From Elusimicrobiota bacterium (GTDB lineage Bacteria; Elusimicrobiota; Elusimicrobia; UBA1565; JACRDR01), in contig JACQBA010000013.1 of assembly GCA_016194745.1 (NCBI GenBank), positions 256,822 to 320,821 of the forward strand: a DNA stretch of 64,000 nucleotides, in the 5' to 3' direction. How positions within the stretch are numbered: the stretch's first letter is position 1; every line of letters starts with the position of its first letter. The notes below the pieces were generated by a model. That model saw nothing but the letters and a program-made list of their open reading frames with translations. It ran no database searches and was not told the DNA's origin. Below are positions 54,265 to 63,566 of the stretch, piece by piece. The position numbers and the translations under genes were made by a program.

Positions 54265-56187
54265 ATGATTGCAGGGGGGATTGCGCGCATGAGAAAACTC
54301 GCTTCGTTCGTCGCCGCCGCATGTCTCGTACTGTCGAGCGCCCCGCCAGGCGCTGCGCAGCGCGCGCCCATCGAGACCCGAGCGCCGTCGACCTCCGGAG
54401 CGATCCCCGTCGTCTTCCAGCCCGCGGCCGCGTCCCTTTCGCTGAGTCTCTGGGGCTCCGGCCTCGAGGCGACCACGTCGCTGCCGCTCGACGCGGGCGG
54501 GCTCGCCGCGGCTCCCGCCGCGCCTCTCGGCGCGCTCTCGCTGTCCCCGGCCTTTCCGCCGTCCCTGACGTCGTCCCTCGCTTCGGCTCCCGCCGCGCCT
54601 CTCGGCGCTCCCGTCGCCGCGCTGCGCTCCCAGGCTCCGGCGCCCCACGCGGGGCCCTCGCTCGATGCGCTGCCGGCTCTCGGCTCCCTCGAGCGCGCGG
54701 TCGCGCCCTCGGGCGGCTCCTCCGGCGTAGCGTCGCGGTCGCCGGAGTCCGGCCTCGCGGCGCCATCGGAGTTCTTCGACGAAGCGGCGGTTCGCGGCAA
54801 GACGCTGCTCCTGGTCGGCACGCGCGCGTCCCGAGAGTTCATCCTGAACGAGACGGTCCGCGTTTCGAAGAAGCTCGGCCTGAACCTGGTGCTGCTCGAT
54901 CGTCCCGAGGACCGCGCGCATTCGGCGCCGCATGTCCCGGAGGCCAATTTCATTCCCGCCCCGATCGACGACCGCACCGCCCCGACGATCGCCTCCAACG
55001 CGGCAAGGGTCGTGGACTTCGCGAGGAATTCCGCGGTCGACGCCGTGATCTCCTTCAGGAGCCACCATGCGAAGCTCACGGGTGAGATCGTCGACCGGCT
55101 GCGCGCGCGCGGGGTGGCCAAGCGCGCCGTGGTGACCGCCGATACCAAGCCCCTCATGCGCGAGGCGGTCAACGCCAAGGTGCCCGAACAAAGCGTGCCG
55201 TTCCGAAGGATCACGAGCGTTGAGGAAGCTCGTCGCGCCTACGCCGAGCTCGGCGGAGGGAAATTCATCCTCAAGACCGTTCAAGGCGAGAACAGCCGCT
55301 TCCTCGCGACCGGCCTCGATTCCGCCGAGGCGGTCGCCGCCGCCTACCGGCGCATGGACAAGGCCGTCAGCGCCTTCGCCAAGCAGCACCGCGAGACCTC
55401 GAGCATCTTCAACCGGCATCCGGGGATATTCATGGAGCGCGAACTCGAACCGGTCCCCGGCACCAACGAAGTGTCCGTGGAGGTCGTGATGCAGCGCGGC
55501 AAGGCCGCCATCGCCGTCGTCTCCGACACCCTCAAGATCGGCAAGAAGGACGAGCTGGCCGGCGCGAGCATGACGTTCCCCTCGCAGCTCGGCCGGGACA
55601 TGCAGAAGGCTTTCGTCGCGGCGGCCGAGAAGGCCCTGAACGCCGTCGGAATCCTGGAAGGCAACGCGCGCATCGACATGATGATGACCAAGGACGGAGC
55701 GCGCGTCATCGAGATCAACCCCTACCTAGGAGGCTCGGCGGTGCACACCGCGGTGCTGCTCCAGACGGGCGTCAGCCTCATCGAGCAGGGCATCCGCGCC
55801 ATCCTCGGGCTCAAGGTCGAGCCCATCGGAGAGCCGCTGGTCGTCGTGGATTACCGCTTCGCGGCGTCGGCGGCCGACGGCACGCTCGAGGCCGTCGGGG
55901 GATTCGACGACGCCCGCGGGTCTCCCGGCGTCCAGCACCTCCAGATGCTCAACGAGATCGGCGACTCGGTGACCGCGCCCGTCGACAACGGCTACGAGGA
56001 AAACTCGGAAATCATGGCCGTGGGCAAGGACTTCCCGGAGGCGCGAGGCAGGAACGTGAAGGCCCTCGGCAAGCTCAGGCTGTACATCCGAAAGGCGGAC
56101 GGCACTCTCCTCGAGCAGAAAGCGGATTACCTGCAGCCCGGCGGCTCCGACTCGACGAAGGCCGTCTCGGGAATCCCCGGGCGCTGA
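54265..56187 (+). CDS. ATP-grasp domain protein with signal peptide and low-complexity Ala/Pro/Ser-rich N-terminal region
   Basis: Signal-peptide-like MRKLASFVAAACLVLSSAPPGAAQ (alternative start 54289). About 150 aa low-complexity. Then an ATP-grasp fold with VIEINPYLGGS. Confidence 0.65.
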   Translation: MIAGGIARMRKLASFVAAACLVLSSAPPGAAQRAPIETRAPSTSGAIPVVFQPAAASLSLSLWGSGLEATTSLPLDAGGLAAAPAAPLGALSLSPAFPPSLTSSLASAPAAPLGAPVAALRSQAPAPHAGPSLDALPALGSLERAVAPSGGSSGVASRSPESGLAAPSEFFDEAAVRGKTLLLVGTRASREFILNETVRVSKKLGLNLVLLDRPEDRAHSAPHVPEANFIPAPIDDRTAPTIASNAARVVDFARNSAVDAVISFRSHHAKLTGEIVDRLRARGVAKRAVVTADTKPLMREAVNAKVPEQSVPFRRITSVEEARRAYAELGGGKFILKTVQGENSRFLATGLDSAEAVAAAYRRMDKAVSAFAKQHRETSSIFNRHPGIFMERELEPVPGTNEVSVEVVMQRGKAAIAVVSDTLKIGKKDELAGASMTFPSQLGRDMQKAFVAAAEKALNAVGILEGNARIDMMMTKDGARVIEINPYLGGSAVHTAVLLQTGVSLIEQGIRAILGLKVEPIGEPLVVVDYRFAASAADGTLEAVGGFDDARGSPGVQHLQMLNEIGDSVTAPVDNGYEENSEIMAVGKDFPEARGRNVKALGKLRLYIRKADGTLLEQKADYLQPGGSDSTKAVSGIPGR

Positions 56188-58239
56188 TTACTTCTTGAGG
56201 GAGGCGGGCGGCGCCCCGCCGCGAAGGTTCTTGGCGAGCCGAAGGTATCCGTACGCCATCGCGGTCGCGCCCGCGCCGACGAGCCAGAACGCGCCCGTAC
56301 CGAAGAGCTGGAAGAGGGCGCCCCATAGAAAGAAGCTGATCGCGTACGAGGAATAGGTCAGCGTGCGCTCGGCCCCGATGATGCTCGCGGCCTTGTCCTC
56401 CGGCATCTGGTCCGACATCATCGAATCCAGGTGCGTCAGCGCCACCTGCGCCGTAAGCCCGATGAGCAGGAGCGCCGGAGTGACCCAATAGACGGGCCAC
56501 GTGATGATCGTGAACAGGTACGCTTGGTTCACGAACGCCCAGGCGCCCAGGAGAGCCGCCGCGGAGAATTTGAGGGACAGCTCGGCTCCCCGTACCAGCA
56601 TCTCCTCCTGCTTAGCGGCCTTGGCCGCCTTTTCCAGAGTCTCCGTGCGCTTTGAGATATGGCGCGCCACTGCGAACATGACGAACGCCGCGGCGATCGC
56701 TCCGATGCCGTAGACGCCCGTGAGCGCCGAGGACACGAGCGCGGCCTTCTGGAGCACGCCGGCCGCGGCGAACACGCCGAACGCCGTCGCGGTGATGTAG
56801 TAGAGAGTGTAGAAGAAGTTGTTAATCATCACCTTGCCGACGAAGTACCGCCGCAGGGACGGGCTGCCGAACAACCCGTCGAAGCCCTCGCGGAAGGACG
56901 TCTTCTCCAGGGCGCTCGCCGAAGGGCCCGGCAACCGCACGAAGAAGGCGATAAGCGCCGCCACGGCGAAGAACACCGGCGCCGCGTAGACGACGGAACC
57001 GAATCCGAAGACGACGATCAGCCAGCCGGCGCCCAGCGTCGAGAACACCGTCCCGTACTCCACGAAGTCCCGGATCGTCCCGAAGTAGGTGTTCTGCACC
57101 TTGTTCCCCTTGAACCACGCGACGCGGAGCGTCTGCTCGGCGACGCGGTTGACCGAGTGGACGAGGATATCGGCGATGAACAGGGCGGCGAGCGCCATGA
57201 TCGGGATCGTCTGCGAGACGGGGTCGAACAGGAAGGCGACCGCCGTCCAGATGCCGGTGCGCGCGATCAATCCGGTCCGGTAGATGCCCCCGACGCCGAA
57301 GCGCTTGACGAGCGGGCCGCCGACGAAGGCGCCGATCGCGTAGGCGACGTAGCTCGCGGCCGCGATGGAGCCGACGATCAAGAACCCGTACGGCGCCAGC
57401 GGGTTGGCAAGCTGCGGGATGACGAGGCCGATCGATTCGACGGCGACTTGGATGAGGATGAAGCTGGAGAAAAAGCTGAGGACGTTCGTCGTGAACACCG
57501 AGCGCGGCTTGACGGGGCCGTCGTCTCCCTGTGTCCCCGTCGCGGGCAGCGCGGCGCGCGCGACTTGTGGCGATTCGGCCTGCGGGGCGGCCCCTGCGAC
57601 GGGCGCAAGGCCGCCGCCGGCCGCCGCGCGGCCTTCGGCCGAAGTGCCCGGCGTCTCCGGCGCGGCGTCCTTGGAGCGGATGCCGTGATAGAGATCGGAG
57701 AGGACGCGAGAGCCCGCCAGGCCCGAAGGGTCCGCGCCGAGCGCCTTCGACGCGCTCGCCCCGGTCGAGGACAAGGCCGCCGCGGCTCCTCCGCCCCATC
57801 GCTCCAGACCCGCGTCCGCGGGCGCAGCGCCGGCCGGCGGCGGCGCCAGTCTCGCGGGCAGCGCGGCGGCCGCGGCGGCCGCTCCCGTCTGCATGGACGC
57901 GGCGCTCGGCGACGCCGCGCCCCCGAGGCGTCGGACCGGAGAGGAAAGCTCGAGCGAACCGAAGGCTCCCGCCGGCGAGGCGGGAGACAGCGACAAGACC
58001 GCCGCCTCCGAAAGCCCGAGTCCGGGCGCGGCCAAGCCGAGACCCGTAGGACCGAACGAGAAGGCATCGAAGCCGACGAGACTTCCAGCGGCGAATGAGG
58101 TTAAGGAAAAGCCCTTTGACGAATTGGCCGGGGCGACCTCTACCGCGACCGGGCGCACCTGCGTCCACCCCGTACCCGGCGCGGCGCCGATCGAGATCGC
58201 CACGACGGCCGCCAGCCAACGCTTGCCTTTCGCCATCAT
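56188..58239 (-). CDS. MFS transporter with a ~250-aa low-complexity Ala/Gly/Ser/Pro-rich N-terminal extension
   Basis: Signal-peptide-like start MMAKGKRWLAAVVAISIGAAPGTG. About 12 TM in the C-terminal ~430 aa. Convergent and abutting the ATP-grasp gene. Confidence 0.7.
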   Translation of the reverse strand: MMAKGKRWLAAVVAISIGAAPGTGWTQVRPVAVEVAPANSSKGFSLTSFAAGSLVGFDAFSFGPTGLGLAAPGLGLSEAAVLSLSPASPAGAFGSLELSSPVRRLGGAASPSAASMQTGAAAAAAALPARLAPPPAGAAPADAGLERWGGGAAAALSSTGASASKALGADPSGLAGSRVLSDLYHGIRSKDAAPETPGTSAEGRAAAGGGLAPVAGAAPQAESPQVARAALPATGTQGDDGPVKPRSVFTTNVLSFFSSFILIQVAVESIGLVIPQLANPLAPYGFLIVGSIAAASYVAYAIGAFVGGPLVKRFGVGGIYRTGLIARTGIWTAVAFLFDPVSQTIPIMALAALFIADILVHSVNRVAEQTLRVAWFKGNKVQNTYFGTIRDFVEYGTVFSTLGAGWLIVVFGFGSVVYAAPVFFAVAALIAFFVRLPGPSASALEKTSFREGFDGLFGSPSLRRYFVGKVMINNFFYTLYYITATAFGVFAAAGVLQKAALVSSALTGVYGIGAIAAAFVMFAVARHISKRTETLEKAAKAAKQEEMLVRGAELSLKFSAAALLGAWAFVNQAYLFTIITWPVYWVTPALLLIGLTAQVALTHLDSMMSDQMPEDKAASIIGAERTLTYSSYAISFFLWGALFQLFGTGAFWLVGAGATAMAYGYLRLAKNLRGGAPPASLKK

Positions 58240-58417
58240 CGAAACTCTATTCTACTCCCGACCCGGCCGGGAACCTAGAGCCGAAGGGCCCACCCCTTGG
58301 CCAGGAAACACCCCCTAAGCGATTAGGTCCCTGGGCCTCTCATAGGGCGGGCGTCCGGCGCGTGGATCCCCGCCGCCCGGGCTTGACGGCCTCGGCAAGT
58401 CCCCTCATACTTGCGAC

Positions 58418-59923
58418 ATGTTCCTCGTCTGGCTCGCCGCGTGCGCGCTGGCGGCCTTGTTCGTCCACGATCGCTGGTTCTCCGGAGACAACATCCTCCG
58501 GAACTTTCCAGTGCTCGGCCGATTTCGCTATTTCCTGATCGAGATCGGCCCGGAGCTGCGCCAATACATCGTCGCGGGAAATCACGAGGAGCTTCCGTTC
58601 AACCGCGAGGAGCGCGATTGGATCTACCGTACCGCCCGCGGCGAGAACAACTACTTCGGCTTCGGGACGGACGACCAGCTCTACAACATCGGCTACCCGG
58701 TCATCAAACACGCGGTCTTCCCCCATGGCGAGGTCGGATTTACGGCCTCGATCCACGACAAGCTCCACGAAGTGCCCTGCGCGAAGACGCTCGGCGAGAT
58801 CCGGGACCGCGCGAAGGCCTGGCGCCCGCGCTCCATCGTCAACATCTCGGCGATGTCGTTCGGCGCACTGGGGGCGCACGCGGTCGAGGCGCTCAACCGC
58901 GGCGCCAAGACGGCGGGCTGCTACCACAACACCGGGGAAGGCGGCATCTCGCCGCACCACAAGCACGGCGCCGACGTCATCTACCAGATCGGGACCGGGT
59001 ACTTCGGATGCCGAAATTTGGACGGGGGCTTCTCCATGGACAAACTCCTCGAGACCCTGGGCGGCTGCCCCCAGGTGCGGGGCATCGAGATCAAATTGTC
59101 TCAAGGAGCCAAACCCGGAAAGGGCGGCGTACTGCCCGGAGCGAAGGTGACCGAGGAGATCGCCGGCATCCGCGGCGTGCGCGCCGGCACGGACTGCGTG
59201 AGCCCGAACAACCACGGCGCTTTCCGGGATATCCGGGGCATGATCGCCTTCATCGAGGAGATCGCGGCGGCGACCGGGCTGCCGGTGGGCATCAAATCGG
59301 CAGTGGGGCACACCGGATTCTGGCGGGAGTTGGCGGCCGCCATGCGGGAGGGAGGAAAGGGCCCGGACTGGATCACGATCGACGGCGGAGAGGGCGGCAC
59401 CGGCGCGGCGCCGCTGACCTTCGCCGATCACGTGTCGCTTCCGTTTCGCGTCGCTTTCCCCCGCGTCTACAAGGAGTTCCTCGATGCGGGCGCCGCCGAC
59501 AGGACCGTTTGGATCGCGAGCGCCAAGCTGGGCTTTCCCGATCGCGCCATCGTGGCGTTCTGCCTGGGCGCCGACCTGATCAACATTGCCCGCGAGGCGA
59601 TGCTGTCCATCGGCTGCATCCAAGCCCAGAAATGCCACACGGACTTGTGCCCCAGCGGCGTCGCCACGCACAGCGCCTACCTGCAGCGGGGCCTGGCCCC
59701 CGAGGTCCAGTCCCAGCGGTTCGCGCGCTTCTGCCAGTCCTTCCGCAACGAGCTTCTCGCCGTGACGCACGCCTGCGGCTACGAACACCCGTCTCAATTC
59801 ACCGCCGAGGACGTCGAGGTCAGCGCAGGCCCCGGCCAGTTCAAATCCCTCCGAGAACTGTACGGCTACACGCCCGGCCGGACCTGGTCCGGGATTGCGG
59901 GCTGGGGCGTGTCAGCCGCCTGA
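58418..59923 (+). CDS. FMN-binding glutamate synthase family protein (GltB domain-2-like)
   Basis: N-terminal TM. Conserved glutamate-synthase central-domain blocks (IKLSQGAKPGKGGVLPG, GGEGGTGAAP, DLINIAR...C...C). Confidence 0.85.
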   Translation: MFLVWLAACALAALFVHDRWFSGDNILRNFPVLGRFRYFLIEIGPELRQYIVAGNHEELPFNREERDWIYRTARGENNYFGFGTDDQLYNIGYPVIKHAVFPHGEVGFTASIHDKLHEVPCAKTLGEIRDRAKAWRPRSIVNISAMSFGALGAHAVEALNRGAKTAGCYHNTGEGGISPHHKHGADVIYQIGTGYFGCRNLDGGFSMDKLLETLGGCPQVRGIEIKLSQGAKPGKGGVLPGAKVTEEIAGIRGVRAGTDCVSPNNHGAFRDIRGMIAFIEEIAAATGLPVGIKSAVGHTGFWRELAAAMREGGKGPDWITIDGGEGGTGAAPLTFADHVSLPFRVAFPRVYKEFLDAGAADRTVWIASAKLGFPDRAIVAFCLGADLINIAREAMLSIGCIQAQKCHTDLCPSGVATHSAYLQRGLAPEVQSQRFARFCQSFRNELLAVTHACGYEHPSQFTAEDVEVSAGPGQFKSLRELYGYTPGRTWSGIAGWGVSAA

Positions 59924-60019
59924 CACCGCTGACAATCCCGGTCTTGACTTCCGAGACTATTCCACGTATATACATGTCGAGACGGCATGCAGTGAAGTTG
60001 ACGGGAATTTTTCCTTTCT

Positions 60020-60385
60020 TTGACCATGGCGAAAGTGCTAATTATTGATGATTCTCGCCTCACCCGGGCGATGATCAAGAATATGCTGAAAAGTCTGGGA
60101 CACGAGATCGTCGGCGAGGCCGAGGATGTCCCTCAAGCGCTTGATTTCTTCAAATCCCTCTCGCCGGAGGCCGTGACGCTCGATATGGTCCTTCCGAGCG
60201 GCTCGGGCCTGGATATCCTGCGCGCGATCCGCGCTCAGAACGCGACGACGCGCGTCATCGTCGTCACTGCCAGCGGCCAGGACGGCATCGACCGCCAAGT
60301 GATGGAGCTAGGCGCCAACGCCGTCATGCACAAGCCGTTCACGCCCGACGAATTTAAATCCACCATACACAAGACTTTGGCTTGA
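60020..60385 (+). CDS. Single-domain response regulator (CheY-like)
   Basis: VLIIDDS ... LDMVLP ... KP receiver motifs, 121 aa, no output domain. Confidence 0.85.
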   Translation: MTMAKVLIIDDSRLTRAMIKNMLKSLGHEIVGEAEDVPQALDFFKSLSPEAVTLDMVLPSGSGLDILRAIRAQNATTRVIVVTASGQDGIDRQVMELGANAVMHKPFTPDEFKSTIHKTLA

Positions 60386-61014
60386 TGAGCCTGCCCCCCC
60401 CGGAATCCCTCACTAAGCATGAGCAGGACTATTTTCAAAAGCTCATCGAAGCGAGCGTCGAAACGAGCATGCAGTCGATGGCCAAGCTCACGCAGCGAGA
60501 TTGGTCCATCACGTCCGTCGGCCTGACCGACGGCCATACGCAGGACTTTCTAAAGATCTTCGAGAGCCAGCAAGGAGTTCATTCCGGCGTCCAGCTCTGG
60601 TCGAAGGGATCGTACCCGCTCCTGTTCCTCCTCCTATTCTCGCCGAAGAGTTCCGCGGCCCTGACGGCGGCGTTGAGCAGCATCTATCAGCTCGAGTTGA
60701 GCGAGGCAGCTTTGTCGCGGAAGCTCGTCCTTGAGGAAGTGGGCAACATCATCATCAGCTCCTTCTTGAAGCGGCTGGCGAATACGCTCAAGCAGACGAT
60801 CCTGACGACGACGCCCGCCTATCTCGAGGGAAGCAAGAAAGAGCTGCTCACCGCCACGATGGCTTCCCTGGGCGGACGAAAGGGAACGGGCGAGCACGCC
60901 GTAATGGTGCACATCGGCATGTCGTCCGCGAGCCTTTCCGCGGACTGCGATTTGATGATTCTGGCCGATCCGGCCTGTCTAAGACAGCTGGTGATGGAGT
61001 GCAGCGGACAATAG
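60382..61014 (+). CDS. CheC-like CheY-P phosphatase
   Basis: 210 aa. The second half aligns with B. subtilis CheC (LEEVGNIIISSFLKRLANTLKQTILTTTP vs ELGNILAGSYLTALADLTKLQLYPSVP; GEHAVMVHIGM vs GEHAIVVDTSI). ATGA overlap with the CheY-like gene. Confidence 0.65.
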   Translation: MMSLPPPESLTKHEQDYFQKLIEASVETSMQSMAKLTQRDWSITSVGLTDGHTQDFLKIFESQQGVHSGVQLWSKGSYPLLFLLLFSPKSSAALTAALSSIYQLELSEAALSRKLVLEEVGNIIISSFLKRLANTLKQTILTTTPAYLEGSKKELLTATMASLGGRKGTGEHAVMVHIGMSSASLSADCDLMILADPACLRQLVMECSGQ

Positions 61015-61018
61015 GAGG

Positions 61019-61984
61019 ATGCGAATGTTGAAGAAGATCGCCGTGTTGGTCGCAGCCGCATTGTTTACTGGTGGACTTCGCGCGCCCGCGTACGCCTGGG
61101 AGCCCGGGGATACGGTTGAGCTCGTGGTGCCTGCCGCCAAAGGCGGCGCCGACGCGATGATCCGCGCGATCGCGGACATCATCGAAAAGAACAAGCTGAC
61201 CAAGCAGAAAATCGTCGTGGTCAACAAGCCGGGCGGCTCCGGAGCCGAGGGATACCTCTACATCAAGGGCAAGCCTGGAAGCGACACCTTGGTGATCACG
61301 CTCTCGAACATCTTCACGCTGCCCGTCACGATGGGCACGAACTTCAAGTGGGACGAACTCACGCCCCTGGCGCGCATGGCCCTCGACCCGTTCATACTGT
61401 GGGTCAATGCGGACACGCCGTACAAGAAAGCGGACGACTATCTCGCGGCGGCGCGCGCCGAGTCCGGCAAGTACAAGATGGGAGGCACCGGGGCCGCGCA
61501 GGAGGACCAGATCGTGACGGGCCTTCTCGAACAGTCCTCCAAAGCGAAGTTCGTTTACGTCCCCCTCAAAGGCGGCGGGGACGTCGCGAAGGCGCTCGCG
61601 GCGAAGGAGATCGACTCTTCGGTCAACAACCCGTCCGAGGCCGAGGCGCTTTGGAAGGAAGGCAAGGTGAGGCCTCTTGGTTTGTTTTCCTCCAGCCGTA
61701 TGACGCTTCCTGCCTGGAAAGACGTCCCGACGATGAAGGAGCAGGGGCACAACGTCGAGTACGTGATGATGCGCGGCATCTTCGGCCCTCCCGACATGAA
61801 GCCGGAAGCGGTGAAGTACTACACGGCCCTTCTTCAAAAGGTCGCCAAGACGAAGGAGTTTCAGGACTACCTGATCAAAAACGGCCTTCTGAACGCCTAC
61901 ATCGCCGATAAGGAGTTCAGGACGTGGGTCGCGGAACAGGACGACATGCACCGCAAACTCCTGGGGACCCTGGGCCTAAAGTAA
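61019..61984 (+). CDS. Tripartite tricarboxylate transporter substrate-binding protein (TctC/Bug family)
   Basis: Signal peptide. Bug-family fold, about 320 aa (ELVVPAAKGGADAMIRAIADI ... KPGGSGAEGY). Confidence 0.8.
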   Translation: MRMLKKIAVLVAAALFTGGLRAPAYAWEPGDTVELVVPAAKGGADAMIRAIADIIEKNKLTKQKIVVVNKPGGSGAEGYLYIKGKPGSDTLVITLSNIFTLPVTMGTNFKWDELTPLARMALDPFILWVNADTPYKKADDYLAAARAESGKYKMGGTGAAQEDQIVTGLLEQSSKAKFVYVPLKGGGDVAKALAAKEIDSSVNNPSEAEALWKEGKVRPLGLFSSSRMTLPAWKDVPTMKEQGHNVEYVMMRGIFGPPDMKPEAVKYYTALLQKVAKTKEFQDYLIKNGLLNAYIADKEFRTWVAEQDDMHRKLLGTLGLK

Positions 61985-61987
61985 GGG

Positions 61988-63556
61988 ATGCAGATTCTCG
62001 AAGGACGGAACCACGTCTTCACGCTCAGGCTGCTGGCGGCCGGCCTCCTCATGGCCGCCACCCTGAGCGTGACGACGGTTCTGACCGTCTATTACCATAA
62101 GATCCTTTCCGACGCGGTGTACGCGGCCTTCTTCCAAAGCAACGACGATATCCTCGGGGGCGTCGGCAAGACGGTGACGGTGCCCTTGGCCACCTTCGAC
62201 CTCGACACGGTCGGGCGAATCGTGGTCAAATCCGCCCAGTCGAACTCCGCCACCCTCGTCGCCCTCGGTGTCACGGATTCCGTGGGCATCCTCCAAGCGG
62301 CGTACCCGAACAAGGAAGCGGTCGAGAGGCTGATAAAGGACGCCGACAAGGCGAAGGCCTGGGGCGCTCTTCGCAAATTCGAGAACGGCGAACTGCTCGT
62401 CCTGTCGGCGCCGATCGAGAGCAAGCGCTGGGGCCAAAAAGGCGAAGAGAACACCGTCGTGCTCGGAAAGGTGGTCGGGGCGTTTTCCACGAGTTCCGTG
62501 CGCGCCTCGATGCGAGCGACGCTGTTTCGGACCCTGTTGATTCTCATCCTATGCTCCGGAATCGTGATCAGCCTGTCGTATTGGGCCCTGCAGCGCCTCG
62601 TCGTCGAACCCATCCGAGCGTTGGCGGACCGCATGAAGGTCATGGCCGACGGGCGGCTCGACATGGCGGAGCGCTCGTTCGAACACCGGACCACCGAGGA
62701 GATCATGGTATTGTCGGACGAGATGCGGACCATGGCGACGACGCTCTCCAATCTCGTGCGGACCGTGCAGGGCACCGCCGACCAGCTGGCCGACTCCTCG
62801 AAGAATCTGACCGCGATCACGCAGCAGTCCTCGACCAATCTAGGCCAATCCGTCGACGTGATGAACCAGGTCGCGCAGACCACGGGCCAGGTGGCGCAAA
62901 GCGCGCAGCTCGTGGCCACGGCGACCCAGCAGGCGGGCAACAACGCGCAGGAAGGCGGCCGCCTCGTCACGCAGGTGGTCGACAAGATGAAGCAGGCCCA
63001 AACGTCCGTCGAGGGTGCCGCCGGCTTCATCCACGAACTCGGCAAGCGCTCGGACCAGATCGGCAAGATCGTCGACGTCATCACGCGCATCGCCGACCAG
63101 ACGAACCTGCTCTCGCTCAACGCCGCGATCGAGGCCGCGCGCGCCGGAGAGGCGGGCCGGGGATTTGCGGTCGTCGCCGAGGAGATCCGCAAGCTCGCCG
63201 AAACTTCCGCCGACAGCACCCAGCAGATCACCAACCTGATCCATGAGGTGCAGGCGCAGACGAGCAAGGCGATCGAGAGCACGGAGCGCGGCAACCTCGA
63301 GTTCCGCGAGAGCTACGAGCTCACGCTCCAGGCGTCCAAGATTTTCGCGGAGATATCGCGCGAGGTCCATCAGATCAACTCGCAGATGACGAACGTCGCC
63401 TCGAGCACGCAGCAGGTGGCCGCGTCCACCCAAGAGATGACCGCATCGGGCGAAGAGCAGTCGGCCGCCATCGAGCAGGTCGCCACCAACGCAACGGAAC
63501 TTTCGGAGATCGTGCAGAAGCTGAGATCCATCGTCGCGAAATTCAAGACAAACTAA
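61988..63556 (+). CDS. Methyl-accepting chemotaxis protein
   Basis: Two TM segments flanking a ~150-aa periplasmic domain. HAMP. MCP signalling domain with highly conserved core ([32 protein letters not shown]). Confidence 0.9.
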   Translation: MQILEGRNHVFTLRLLAAGLLMAATLSVTTVLTVYYHKILSDAVYAAFFQSNDDILGGVGKTVTVPLATFDLDTVGRIVVKSAQSNSATLVALGVTDSVGILQAAYPNKEAVERLIKDADKAKAWGALRKFENGELLVLSAPIESKRWGQKGEENTVVLGKVVGAFSTSSVRASMRATLFRTLLILILCSGIVISLSYWALQRLVVEPIRALADRMKVMADGRLDMAERSFEHRTTEEIMVLSDEMRTMATTLSNLVRTVQGTADQLADSSKNLTAITQQSSTNLGQSVDVMNQVAQTTGQVAQSAQLVATATQQAGNNAQEGGRLVTQVVDKMKQAQTSVEGAAGFIHELGKRSDQIGKIVDVITRIADQTNLLSLNAAIEAARAGEAGRGFAVVAEEIRKLAETSADSTQQITNLIHEVQAQTSKAIESTERGNLEFRESYELTLQASKIFAEISREVHQINSQMTNVASSTQQVAASTQEMTASGEEQSAAIEQVATNATELSEIVQKLRSIVAKFKTN

Positions 63557-63566
63557 TGGGGGTTCC

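Noticed and set aside
54511-54610. CRISPR-like or tandem-repeat array
   Set aside because: There are only two copies of a 24-nt repeat, inside a coding low-complexity region. It is not a spacer-repeat architecture.
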